Assembly: GCF_006345805.1 (NCBI RefSeq)
Contig: NC_043012.1
Location: 18,848,001-18,912,000 of the forward strand
Direction of reading: 5' to 3'
Length of the DNA: 64,000 bases
Source of the DNA: Octopus sinensis
Taxonomy: Eukaryota
Within the stretch, counting starts at the first letter, position 1, and every line of letters begins with the position of its first letter. The translations under genes were made by a program, and so were the position numbers. A model generated the notes under the pieces. It was given only the letters and a program-made list of their open reading frames with translations, was not told where the DNA came from and ran no database searches. Shown one piece after another: positions 1 through 12,549 of the stretch.

Positions 1-388
1 TCTCCCTCCACCTGAGTATGCAATGCATAGCTTTAAAACTGAAACCTCACTAACCTGAAGTGAATTTCTTCTCTTGCATCTTTGGCTTTATTCATAAACC
101 ATATCACATTCATAGCTTCAAACGTTCTTTGATATATGAGCAAAGACACACGTGTATAACCATAGTAGATATACTGACGCATAAACGCGCATATGTATAC
201 ATGCATTGGCATATGAAGCTATGTATGTGTACATGCAAACATACATACATACATACATAAATACACATATACATACATGCAAATAAATAAGAGTCTGCTT
301 CGTTCTGCTTTACATATCTTTTCATCTAAATTGATTGATTAAATATCATATATTATATATGCATACATGCACACACACACGCAGACAT

Positions 389-448
<60 letters not shown>

Positions 449-1320
449 TGTATGTATATGTGTGGTGTATGGTGTGCGTACTTCTATATAACTTCCATAT
501 ACAATTCTGAAAGAAGAAAATAACAGACACAAAAGACTCACATACATACCGGAACAAAGCAAACGCGCATGCGCGCTCACACACGCATACACACACATCC
601 ACGCACACACACTCACCTAGAATTAAGTGTCAATTTTGCTCTGTGTACTATTTTGCCCAGATATATCAAGTCTGCTTTAATAGCTTTCGTCCTTAAAATT
701 TCATTGATGTTTCTACTTTGATTATATGTTATTATGCTAATAAAATTGTTGTTATTTTTCACCTGGGAATTTTAATATAATCAATTGTTGTATTTGTGTA
801 GGAAGTGACATTTTATATTTCCATATTTTACATCAGGGAATTAATCAAAATACTTAAATCATTATTTTGTATGGATGAGATTCATCTTTACACAATGCAT
901 TGTGGGTCCCGCATTGTCCGTCTCTTGATATGACTACTCACTTATTGTTTGAGAAAGCTGCTGACGGAACTTCAAATAATTTATCGCGCTAATTGAAATC
1001 CAGTTCCAGATGCATAAATAAAACACATACACGCTAAAGTAGATTTGATTATTCTTATTTAGGTGAGTTTTCTGTGATTAACATTAAGGTTTGCTGTCAT
1101 AGGTTTTCTACTTAAATATCTGGTTTTGTTTCATTATATGCAATAAATGAATAAAAGATGGCAAATATTTTAATATTTTCTTTGGCTGAGGTTAAAAGAT
1201 ATGCGTATGAATATAAGTGTATTCATACATGCATGCACACATATTACATACATATATACATACATACATATGTATATGGTATATATGCACACACGTACAT
1301 TATGAACATATATATATTAT

Positions 1321-1368
<48 letters not shown>

Positions 1369-1603
1369 CAAACATATATATACGTACATACACATACATG
1401 TATACAAATTCTTACTCACACATATATACCTGGTACACACACACACACACGTATATATATATATATATATACGTATGCACATGCATATATACATACATGC
1501 ATATTATGCCAAAAACAGCTAAAATTGATAACATTTCAGCTGAGAGAGGAATGGAATTTGGCCAAAAGAAATGTTTATATCCGTCCAGGGTCGTTCCCTC
1601 TCG

Positions 1604-1760
1604 AATTCGCACACGCGTTTCTGCCCTTTAACACTGGACAGACTTAAAGCCGTAGCTTTAATTAAATGACATTTAACGGCATTGACTGATCTCTGCTATT
1701 AAACCGCCAGGTCGAAAAACTTCAGCTGTATCTGCGCCAAGTAGTGTTTAGGCTTAAGAA
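1604..1760. repeat. left arm of inverted repeat (partner 3026-3160)
   Basis: attcgcacacgcgtttctgccctttaacactggacagacttaaagccgtagc... is the reverse complement of 3026-3160, apart from a ~20 bp indel and a few substitutions. Confidence 0.9.
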
Positions 1761-1904
1761 AACTTTAGGTTACTTAAAATATGCTTGTGACATATTTCAA
1801 CTCCTAAAGGCAACTTCACTGCAGTTAACGAGGAGCAAAAAAGAATACAAACTTTCTTTTGCTAAAACGATGTAAAAACACTACATCTGTTCAGTACTAT
1901 CCCC

Positions 1905-1955
1905 TGTCCGACTCACAGATGTGTTTCTGGCTCCTTAGCCGTCATCAATAGGCAA
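1905..1955 (-). ncRNA. degenerate hammerhead-ribozyme-like motif
   Basis: Minus strand reads TTGATGA-c-GGCT-aagg-AGCC-a-GAAAC-acatctgtga-GTC. The core has C3->T and stem I is weak. Confidence 0.4.
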
Positions 1956-1975
1956 TACCCAAAGTGGTATGTATA

Positions 1976-2371
1976 TCTTTATATATAAAAGTAAGGTTGT
2001 GTGTCTGTCTCCTACGATTTAGATTCCTAACTACTCCCACATTTTGCGGTGCAGTTTAACCAAAACCGGGTATCTTATAGTCGTGATTCATATCGAGCCC
2101 TTCTGGGTATTAGCGCGTCTACGATGAGTTTACGATTTTAAAAAAAAATTACCATAATTTTTTTTCCATTTTAATGCATTTTTTCGTTATTATATAAGGG
2201 AAGTAACTCTCTAAAAATGTCTACGTTGAGTCAACGATTTAAAAAAAAATTACCATATTTTATTTTCCATTTTTAATGCATTTTTTGGCTATTTTTTGGC
2301 TATAACTCTCTAAAAATGCTTATATAGTTATTTCCCTTACAAACCCGAGCAACGCCGGGCGATACTGCTAG
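1976..2371 (+). mobile_element. non-autonomous Helitron
   Basis: Starts TC after A and ends CTAG before T. Has a subterminal GC hairpin (cccgagc-aac-gccggg), no TSD, and an internal ~100 bp tandem duplication. Confidence 0.85.
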
Positions 2372-2382
2372 TCTATCTATAA

Positions 2383-2451
<69 letters not shown>

Positions 2452-2644
2452 CCTCTCAGGCTGTCTGTCAATCTACCTACCGACATATCTATCAACCTAT
2501 CTATGTACCTAATTATCAATCAATCAATCTATCTTTCAACCTACCTACCTACTTACCTACGTACCTACCCACCTACCTGTCGATTATTCACTCACTCAAT
2601 CTATCTATCTACGTATCTACCTTCCTACCTACCTACCTACCGAC

Positions 2645-2719
<75 letters not shown>

Positions 2720-2735
2720 GCTATCTCTATCTATC

Positions 2736-2827
<92 letters not shown>

Positions 2828-2870
2828 AATATCTATCTATGTAACTAACTAGCTACTTATCTATCTATAT
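2372..2870. repeat. compound (TATC)n/(TACC)n microsatellite
   Basis: Long ATCT arrays interspersed with ACCT variants. Confidence 0.95.
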
Positions 2871-2945
2871 CCACCTGGATAATTTTATTGCTATGCACTT
2901 ACATTATATATTATACATTCTTTTATTCTTTTTTTCTTTTTTCTT

Positions 2946-3253
2946 TTTATTTGTTTCAGTCATTTGACTGTGGCCATGCTGGAACACTACCTTTAATCGA
3001 ACAAATGGACCCCAGGAATTATTCTTCATTAAGCCGAAACACTACGTGGCGCAGATACAGCTGAAATTTTTTCAACCTAGCCATTTAATAGCAGAGATTA
3101 AATTGAAGCTACGGCTTTAAGTCTGTCCAGTGTTAAAGGGCAGAAACGCGTGTGCGAATCAGACTCTTACCCAAGGTGCCACGCAGTGGGACTGAACCCG
3201 CAACCATGTGTTTGTAAAACAAGCTACTTACCACACAGCCACTCCTGTGCCTA
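2946..3253 (-). mobile_element. tRNA-derived SINE type A, chimeric (middle replaced)
   Basis: 2946-3026 matches the tail and 3161-3253 the head of the SINE at 8575-8990, in reverse. The middle is unrelated to the SINE. Confidence 0.85.
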
Positions 3254-3569
3254 TGCAATTTCCAGTTATAGTGCATGTGTATAAATGCTTATTCGACGGA
3301 GGTGCATAGTGAAAATTAGTGTTTATTTTTTTTTCGCATTGCGCTTTTTATAATTCTTTGCTAGGGTTCTGCATAAGAACATGATGAGGAGACGCTTCTA
3401 AGACTCAGAGCTTCTCTTAATTTCTCATAATTATGCTGCATATCTTGATACTAATAATTGTTTTACGTTAGTGGTCTTGGTATCAATCTCAGAATACAAT
3501 AAAAATTATCTGAAACTTATAAGTATATACCCTGAACGGTATTACCGAACGAGTCCTATCTTAGTCTTA

Positions 3570-3800
3570 AGGTGCTTTCGTAAGAAATGTGGCCGCCACT
3601 TCCGCCTGGTTGAAAGATCCAACGGAAACTCACTCACTGTCTCCATTGCTCCGATTTATAGCAAACGTTGAAGCATTTTCTTTACATGTTTAAACTGCGA
3701 TGCACATTCATTAGAGCTTCTGTAAAGTAAGAGGGCAAAACTGGGGTATAGATTGAATGCTGATATCAATAATGTCTATCAATGTGCAACATCGTTCAAA
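3570..3800 (+). pseudogene. possible very decayed Tc1/mariner transposase C-terminus
   Basis: gaaatgtggccgccacttccgcct = EMWPPLPP, resembling WPPxSPDL. A downstream RLNADINN resembles RLxAVI. Confidence 0.25.
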
Positions 3801-4475
3801 ATTGAGTGTAAAATGCGGAATCGAAGTAAACGAATAAAGTTGTGTCGGTAGTGACTTGTGAAACGGAAATTTCGCGGAGACGTTTGTTTAACTTTAGTTA
3901 CTGTGAGGAAAGAAAATATATCCGTTCCTTTCCGTCATAATCGAGGTTATACTTGATTTGGTTTCCCTCCATTTAAGTCTAAAGGTCACAGACAGGACGA
4001 TAAGTATTTATTACGATTACAAAATGAAAAAATATATATATAGTTCGCTTGTGTAAGAAAAACGTAAGCAAACATTTTCTAGAAAATTCTCTTATAGAGA
4101 TTTCATGACGATAGAACATTTTTTAGAAACATGATATCAGTCTAAATACCTGTGAGAGTTATAGTAGTAATGGTCATTTGATATTCAATTTTAGCTACGA
4201 ATAAGTTAGATTCAAGAAGCAATAGCACGTAACTAAATTCTTTCTTGAACAAAATCCATTTCTCACTGCGTATCCAAATAAGAATTCACTCGCGGCAAAT
4301 GATTTTGTTAATTCAAATGAAAGACTGAGAATAAAATGTGATGGAAAAAGGAATTACGTTTAGAATATTTGTAAGTATCAAAGGGATTCTAAACACGAAA
4401 TATTAAATCCACAAATGCAATTCAGCGATTCTACAATGCATATGTGCACACGCTCACGTATGCATACACACGCTT

Positions 4476-4602
4476 GCCAAGCGGTTAGGGCAGCGGACTC
4501 GCAGTTTCGATTCCCAGACCGGGCGTTGTGTGTGTTTATTGAGCGATAACACCTAAAAGCTCCAAGAAACTCCGGCAGGGGTGGTGGCGACCCCTGTTGT
4601 AC
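4476..4602 (+). mobile_element. tRNA-derived SINE type C, 5' part
   Basis: ggttagggcagcggactcgc...gtttcgattcccagaccgggcg, the same head as 5033 and 55650. Confidence 0.85.
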
Positions 4603-5032
4603 ACACACACACACACTTACACACCATACGCACACATAATAACAAAGGAAGGAGGAGTGCTGCTTACAAGCAAAGAGGTAAGCTGAATCAGCGTAGACAC
4701 GATGACCCATCAATGGAATAATACAGTTAACGAATTGGATTTTAAGTTAGGTCATCAATTCAGATCACCGAACGAGCAATGATACCGCTTTGTGCGGCGA
4801 GTGTGATTTCAGCAGCAGCAGTTTCACCAAAATGCTGGTGTTTTTGCTCGTAGATATCAGAGTGAGGGTTGTGTTGGATGGCAGGAGACCGTTGTCTATG
4901 TTAGTGGTGCCGGTGGTGCCGGTGGTGTCGGTGGTGGTGGTGGTATATACCATGAAAGTAGTCGGTGGTGGCGTTAGCAGTTCTCATATTCTGCTAGTAG
5001 TCGGTGACAAGATGTGACAAGTAACAGCAACA

Positions 5033-5380
5033 GGGGGCGCAATGACCCAGTGGTTAGGGCAGCGGACACGCGGTCGGAGGATCGCGGTTTCGATTCCCAG
5101 ACCGGGCGGTGTGTCTGTTTATTGAGAGAAAACACCTAGAAAGCTCCACGATGCTCGGGCAGGGGGTGGTGGCGACCCCTGCTGTACTCTTTCGCCTCGC
5201 CTTTCTCTCAATCTTTCTTCCTGTTTCTTGTCCCCGATTTCCTACAGAACCGCTGAGCCTGGATGTGAATTCATCCACACGTCGATGACTTGCTTTCTCT
5301 TCTACGGGTCTTACGAATAGCAAAGGACCACGTTTCGGATTTCCCCCATCTTGCGAGCTCTGGGACGAAGACCGTTTGCT
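5033..5380 (+). mobile_element. tRNA-derived SINE type C, full length
   Basis: A-box-like TGACCCAGTGG and B-box-like GGTTTCGATTCCC. Flanked by cagcaaca on both sides. Five other copies lie in the window. Confidence 0.9.
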
Positions 5381-5519
5381 CATCAGCAACAACAACAGTT
5401 ATCATCACTGTTGTGCTGGCATCGGTCGTTGGTGCGGAAAACATGGTGTTACTAGGCAACAGCATCAACGCCATCGTAGTGTTGATATCAGTTGTAGCGG
5501 CAGCGAAAGTGGAGTATAT

Positions 5520-6670
5520 TCATACCGGCCTAACTCTGATCAATCATTGTGCTTAGATTTAAGACTGTGGACCACCAAGGATTCTTTGATATGCAGGTAG
5601 CCTATAATTCTCTCCGTGACCGGTGCAGCAAATGTCTATTCTGTTGGTGGTGTTAATATATATCAGTACGTGCTTGCAGAAGGAAGCCACTTTTGTAGTT
5701 AGGTATTATTTCAATCGTCGAGCTGGCAGAAATGTTAGCATGCCGGGCGAAATGGGTTGCCGTTCTGAGTTCAAATTCCGCCGAGGTCGACTTTGCCTTT
5801 CATCCTTTCGGGGTCGATTAAATAAGTACCAGTTACACACTGGGGTCGATATAACCGAATTAATCTGCTTGTCTGTCCTTGTTTGTCCTCTCTGTGTTTA
5901 GCCCCTTGTGGGTAGTAAAGAAATAGGTATTATTTCAATCGGATGTGGAACGGTTAAATTCTATGTAATAGTCACTGATGTAATAGTTACAGCATTTGGA
6001 ACCCCGTTGTTGGTAAATTACTTATGTGTGCTAACACTTACTAGCGTCACGGGTAAGACCGTTCACTAAAATGCAGGTGTTCTTCCGCACCAGATCACTT
6101 CATTGACTGGCATTGACAGTCTCGAATGGGCAAGTAGCATATCGAAACTGATGACTATGGTGGTCAACTTTTGAAATGAGGATTCTTCAGGAAGCAATAG
6201 CTAAAGAAATTCCTTTTGCTACGTTTATTTGAGATGTATCGAATGAAATCGAATGAAACTTGGCAGGCGGAAGACCCAGCTGACACTCAGTACATTTGTT
6301 ACCGATATTGTGAGTGCGTTCTGCATGCAACTGGTCTAAGCACTGACGAAGGCCGACTTTTAACAAACTAAGGCTTCTCGTCTGACTGCTTCCAGTAGAG
6401 CCCTGTGTAAATTTTCTCATGTCCGTAATGGTAATTCGAAATACGTATAGGGACAGGTTACCAAAGTTGTCAGGTCTTTCTATACTGAACTCGATATACC
6501 GATCAGGGTTATTAGAATTCTCTATCTAGTATAGTAAAGGTTTCATCGGGTTAGGGAAGTATGAAAATGCCATCCATTTCCCCGCTGAAGAAGGTGAGTG
6601 AGCGACATGTACTAAGTGCATCACATGATGTTCGAGACTCTGCAGTCGATGGATGAAGCCAACGTAGTTG
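5520..6670 (-). mobile_element. decayed Penelope-like retroelement (RT C-terminus + GIY-YIG endonuclease)
   Basis: Manual translation across stops and frameshifts gives, in order: FFSGEMDGIFIL (YxDD-like), NNPDRYIEFSIERPDNFGNLSL, VIYQQRGSKCCNYYIS (VxY..C..YIG), FHIRLK*YLTTKVASFCKH, LHIKESLVVHSLKS. Interrupted by the SINE at 5718. Confidence 0.65.
5718..5923 (+). mobile_element. tRNA-derived SINE type B with 18-bp TSD
   Basis: gagctggcagaa...gagttcaaattccgccgaggtcgactttgcc. TSD taggtattatttcaatcg at 5700-5717 and 5924-5941. Confidence 0.9.
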
Positions 6671-7020
6671 TGTAAGTATTATTTTACAAATATAACTTCA
6701 CGATTATAGGATTATAAGGGATGGTATGAGTGAGCATGCGAGAAACAAAGAGATCAATCGATTATTATTGAAATTCCCTTACCTAAATTAATTCATGACT
6801 TATTTTGGCGCTGACAGCAAACAAGAACAATAGGAAATAAATTGACTACAAAGGTTATCACGGCTTCAATTGAATTGGGAACAAACATATATGCAGTGTC
6901 GAAACAAAACGTGATAACTTCATAATTGCTTACCTCGCTTTGAACTCCATGTTATCGTAACAAGACATTTCTGGCGTCTTGCTTGTTAAACTGTCTGAGC
7001 TCTACACATATGCATATATG

Positions 7021-7061
<41 letters not shown>

Positions 7062-7067
7062 GAGAGA

Positions 7068-7104
<37 letters not shown>

Positions 7105-7394
7105 TAACAAACTAAGGAAAACAAATTATTTCAAAGGCATTTGAATTACTATTATTTTTTTATCTAGCCGTCCTTCCACACGGAAGTTCGTTCATGTTCA
7201 AACTATTGGCACTGGTGAGGCATATATAAGAGAATTGAATTGTCTATATATCCCAAAATGTATATAGGGCGAAACAATTTGTTGGCTTTTGTTTTTTTTT
7301 TTAATAATAGTTTATGTTATATTATAAAAAAAATTCAGTATATTATATTATAATATAAATGAATCATTGGCTTGTCAATTGTATTAAATATATA

Positions 7395-7426
<32 letters not shown>

Positions 7427-7439
7427 TACATTGCATCAA

Positions 7440-7530
7440 GACTGGTTTGCAACATACGTCATGTAAAATCGGGTTTTGAAACAGATGTTATATTTGGGGA
7501 CGATCATTTTGCCAATAAAACACACGCATT
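7440..7530 (+). repeat. interspersed repeat fragment (inverted relative at 13735-13830)
   Basis: ttgaaacagatgttatatttggggacgatcattttgccaataaa resembles the reverse complement of 13735-13830. Confidence 0.55.
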
Positions 7531-8334
7531 GTTTGACGAGTACTTCAGCATTAATTTAATTAGTCATAAGAATGGAAGGAGAGAGATTCAATATGATACG
7601 GCTTCTAGCTGGATTAAAAATAAATATGTACCTTCTTTCACAAACTCGCATTAACAAACATTTCGTTATTTCAGTATGTGAACACGTGTGTGCCTATTTG
7701 CATTTGTGCATATATGCCTGTAACCATTATTGATATTTAGGTGACTACATAAGGAATTTAAACTCATTTTTTATTATCATTCGATTACTGAGTTATGTAA
7801 GCTCCTTTCACTATATTTGTCAATAAAATATTAATAACATATTCCCTGTTTAATTTGAAACAAAGGCGCGCATTCATCTAACGAAGCAGTTATTTAAATG
7901 TTTGTTTGAAATCTTGAATGTAACTCATTTACAGCTATCACTAATTAAGCATTCGAAGAAACAGAGTTATGACAAGCTAGCGAACTTGAAATTTATTCAT
8001 GTAATGTTGTTGCTAATTATATATTTGTGGCAGTTTTCTTTCTAAATAATGTTTTCTTGATTAGGAGCGATGCAAAGCCGGTATGAGAAATTTATAAAGT
8101 ATGTTAAATTGTATACATCAATCACAAAGAGTAGTTGTGCTAATGCAACATCTGTTGTTCACTCTTCTAAAAGAAATTTTCAAATGAAGACTCATTTGCT
8201 AAAAACAGTTAAAAATATTTCACAAACTAAAGGTGGATACACGATTGCATCTGTTTCAGGAAAGATACAAATAGATAAGGAATTATTTTATGGAGAGCCG
8301 AGAAGAATATTAGTCTCAAAGTTGGAGAGAGTAC

Positions 8335-8515
8335 GTGGATTACATCGACGTCAGTACTCGAGCCGTAGTTATTTTATGAAACCCGAAAGGATGAATGGCA
8401 AACACGACCTCGGTGGCATTTGAACACAGAGTGTAAAAGCGGACGAAATGTCGGTAAGCATTTTGTTCGGAGTGTTATTGATTTTGCCAGATCGTCACCA
8501 TAAGATTACGATCTA
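8335..8515 (-). mobile_element. SINE type B, degenerate
   Basis: cccgaaaggatgaatggcaaaacacgacctcggtggcatttgaac is the reverse complement of the type B core. Confidence 0.8.
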
Positions 8516-8574
8516 TATAAAGAATCATATAGCCCCAATAACGAGAAAAATGACAACAAAACTTTGTAATATAC

Positions 8575-8990
8575 GTAGCTGTGTGGTAAGTAGCTTGTTT
8601 ACCAACCACATGGTTCCGGGTTCAGTCCCACTGCGTGGCACCTTCGGAAAGTGTCGTCTACTATAGCCTCGGGCCGACCAAAGCCTTGTGAGTGGATTTG
8701 GTAGACGGAAACTGAAAGAAGCCCGTCGTATATATGAATATATATATATATATATTTGTGTGTGCGTGCGTGTTTGTGTGTCTGTTTTTGTCCCCCTAGC
8801 ATTGCTTGACAACCGATGCTGGTGTGATTATGTCGCCGTTACCTAGCGGTTCGGCAAAAGAGATCGATAGAATACTTACTAGGCTTACAAAAGAAGAAGT
8901 CCCGGGGTCGAGTTGCTCGATTAAAGCCGGTGCTCCAGCATGGCCACAGTCAAATGACAGAAACAAGTAAAAGAGTAAAGAGTAAAGAGT
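8575..8990 (+). mobile_element. tRNA-derived SINE type A, near full length, with internal TA/TG microsatellite
   Basis: Head gctgtgtggtaag...gggttcagtccc, (AAAGAGT)n tail, TSD gtaatatac at 8566-8574 and 8989-8997. Confidence 0.9.
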
Positions 8991-9460
8991 AATATACCTT
9001 AGCGCTATATTTTGTAATATACATCAGTCTTGTATTTTGTAATGTACCTTAGTGTTATATTAAGGATTTTCGCATCTCTATGGCGGCATCTTGTAATAAG
9101 AACAACAAATTTATCACATTAACCTCTTCTTAACTACGCCCGGGAAAGCTTATCCTCGTTTTCAGTCTATAGGGTAGTGCCGTTGTTTTACACATAATGA
9201 GTTTTGTTCTTCCAAAATTTGATTTATTAATGGAAAATGACAGATAGCATTTACACTTTATAGCATTGGAGATACACTTCATCAAATTCTTGTTTTGGGT
9301 GTTCGAGCTACAATTTATAGGTGACTCCTCCTGGTGTGTGCAATGCAGATGTGTTATTTTTCCGTTAATTTATGACTTAGGTAGAATTACGAGTGTTGCT
9401 CTCATAATCAATACCTCTCTCACTCCCTGTCTGTCTTTCTTTCTCTCTCTCTCGATATTT

Positions 9461-9495
<35 letters not shown>

Positions 9496-9764
9496 CTTTA
9501 TTAGCATTTTCTCAGCTTGGCGCTATTTTGTGATTGTGCGGCACAGCATGTTACAATAGCACCTGCTTACAAATGTATCATGTGCGTTCAAATGAACGTT
9601 GCAATTTTCTGTACAATATAACACTGAAATCATGAAATATTCAACTTTCTACAATCATATTTATAATTTGCATGTGTTAATGCTAGCTTGCTTTCAGGTT
9701 ACTATTCTTGTGACGCGTTGTTAATATGGTTTGATCTTATTTTTCTTGTCGTACAATACTGATT

Positions 9765-9870
9765 TATAATTTTGGCACAGGGCCAGAAATTTCGAGGCAG
9801 GCTGTAAGTCGATTACATAGACACTAGTGCTTAACTGGTGCTTATTTTGTCGACCCCGAATAAATGCCAT
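9765..9870 (-). mobile_element. SINE type B 3' fragment
   Basis: ggcacagggccagaaattt...aactggtgcttattttgtcgaccccgaa matches the type B tail in reverse. Confidence 0.7.
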
Positions 9871-9949
9871 GTTTAAACGGAAATACAGGTAATCAAACAT
9901 TACATGAAGCAGAACATTTATTACTTCATGCAATCATAAATTACCCACA

Positions 9950-10101
9950 GTATTCTGGGTAGAAGGCCCGAAATTTTGTAGAGGGGACAGTCAATTATAT
10001 CCACCTAGGTATGCAGCTGGTACTTAATTTGTCCACCCCGAATGAATGAAACGTAAAGTAGGCATCGACGGAAACTCAGAACGTGTAGACAGACGAAATA
10101 C
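9950..10101 (-). mobile_element. SINE type B, 5'-truncated
   Basis: ctggtacttaatttgtccaccccgaatgaatgaa...actcagaacgt...gacgaaatac. Confidence 0.8.
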
Positions 10102-10128
10102 TTGTAGTATAATATTACAGGAAGTTTA

Positions 10129-10340
10129 GGGAGCCGAGCTGGCAGAGACGTTAGCACGCTGGGCAAAACGCTCACCGGTATTTCCCCTGTATTTACGTTC
10201 TAAGTTCAAATTCCGCCGAGGTCGACTTTGCCATTCATCCTTTCGAGACCGATAAATTAAGTACCAGTTACGTACTGATATCGATCTAATCGACTGCCCC
10301 TCTCCCCCAAAATGTCAGGCCTTGTTCTTAGAACAGAAAA
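10129..10340 (+). mobile_element. SINE type B, full length, with ~19-bp TSD
   Basis: Type B head and core. TSD taatattacaggaagttta (10110-10128) and taatattacgggcagttta (10341-10359). Confidence 0.9.
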
Positions 10341-11047
10341 TAATATTACGGGCAGTTTATAGTTTTTTATGAAGTAATAAATGTTTTGTTTTATGAAATA
10401 TTTGATTAACTGTATCTCCATTTACACTTGGCATACATTTGTTTCCTACAGTATAATTTCTCAGTACATTGTATAACTTTAGTAGAAATACTTTCGAATG
10501 TATTTGTTTTGTACTTTTGCCAATATCGATCTCTAGCTTTTATCTACTAATCTATTTGAATCGTTGATATTTAGTGTTGCTCTTACTATAAGTATTTATT
10601 CACACGTTGATTCCTTTGTAGAAGAGACGCTAAAATTCTTATCTTTATAAGGACGGTTGCTTTCTCCATGTAGGTACAGGCATTTGTAACTCGCTTTTGT
10701 GTAGATGGATATAATATATCGCCTTCAACATATCTCTTGTTTAATCCTAATGTTTACGTCTGGAAATGAAGTTGCATTAGCATTGTTTTGCATGTTGAAT
10801 GTTAGCACTAAGCTCTACCCTAGATTATCCTTTAATTTCTCAACTTTTCCGATGTGTCCATTAAATCTTATGCAATGTATAAATAACTCTTGGCGCGTGT
10901 ACACTCTGAGGCGAAAACACATACCTATCTGTGAATTATAACAGGTTACACTGTAGGCGGGAAAATATATACCTTGCATACACATGCACACACAAGCACA
11001 CGCGCAAATACACAGAAACATTCTATAAATATATGCGTTTGTACATA

Positions 11048-11134
<87 letters not shown>

Positions 11135-11159
11135 GGGCTAACAAACATAACATGCAGTT

Positions 11160-11760
11160 CAATGCTATGACATTTCAAGCACTCCATTGTCGACTCCTTT
11201 CATCTGAGCCGCTTGGACTGCTGGTCCAAACTATGTTCCCCAGAAAATATGAAACAAACTGTGGAATTCAAAGCAATCCAGCGCCAATATTCAAAGAAGT
11301 TTGACTCCATGCTAGAGATGGGCTACTGGGTGAGGCTAAAGGAGCCGAGTTTCTATTCCCTGGAGAGAAGACGAGACAGATATGTGGTGATATATATTTG
11401 GAAATCTTGGACGATTTAGCCCCCAATTTTGAAATTGACTGCTATACCAGTCCTCGAACTACAATATATTGCATCATATTAAAGATCCCGTCTTCCACAT
11501 CTAAAATAATGACACAGTACTACAATAGTCTAGGTTTCAAGGGCCCGCAATTGTTCAATATCCTGCCAGGAAACATTGGAGATCTACATGGTGTTGATGT
11601 GGAAGTTTCCAAGGAATGTCTGGGCCGGTTTCTATCTAAGATACCAGGTGAACCCACATCGCAGCCGGAGACACGAAGATGAGTTGCTCCGTCCAACTCG
11701 CTACTTATATATAAGCAATACTAGAAGCAACACACAGTAACTACTACAAGTGGAGCACCA
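11160..11760 (+). mobile_element. 3' remnant of CR1/L2-group LINE ORF2
   Basis: LDCWSKLCSP...AIQRQYSKK...YWVRLKEPSFYSLERRRDRY, then after a frameshift NSLGFKGPQLFNILP...FLSKIPGEP. This is typical of the LDYCSxLWSP/SLERRRER post-RT region. Confidence 0.85.
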
Positions 11761-11806
11761 GCATGTCCTCTTCTGCCTTGGGCTGAAACCAGTAAAAGAT
11801 GAAAGG

Positions 11807-11848
<42 letters not shown>

Positions 11849-12438
11849 TAAATGAAAGACGGAAGATGGAATATACGAGAATTCGTTATTAATCACAATT
11901 GGTTTGCTATATCTAGCCTCTACCCCCACGAGTAGGACCAGAACTCGTTAAAATAATTCCTCTGTAATGCATGTTCTCATTTCCTAGAAAGAAAAGCAGC
12001 GAAGAGAAGGAAATATCTTCATTTACATAGAAGGTCAGAAATAAAATCTAGATGCAAAAAAAAAACAAAAAAAAAATCTAAAGAATACGCTACACAGCGA
12101 AGAAAGTATTAAAAATAACCGTAAGCAAATATGGATGTATAAACGCCCTCGCGCAATCAGCATGTCGCGTGTACACTCGCTCATAGAATCATCCACGAAA
12201 ACGTAAGGTCACGAAGACCTGTGGTTTGGTGCTCTCACGATCACAAAGCGAGTTAAATAGCTGGCTACTTGGTATTTATAAGAATTGGGAGGCTAAAACT
12301 GAATTCAGTTCATCCATACCTTAACAAAAAAGCAAGTTAACAGTTTTTTGAGTAACTTAATAGTTACTCGAATTCATTCCCTTTGCATCGTGTGAAAGTA
12401 AATTTATATGCGTGTATTTGTCTCTATCTGTCTCTCTT

Positions 12439-12549
<111 letters not shown>

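Noticed and set aside
5033-5105. tRNA genes at SINE heads
   Set aside because: A and B boxes are present, but the sequences continue into SINE bodies with TSDs and no complete cloverleaf is evident.
5054-5395. Recurrent 'protein' motif SINTHNARSGNRNRDP (also 4378, 55486, 60208)
   Set aside because: It is the antisense translation of the SINE C head, not a protein family.
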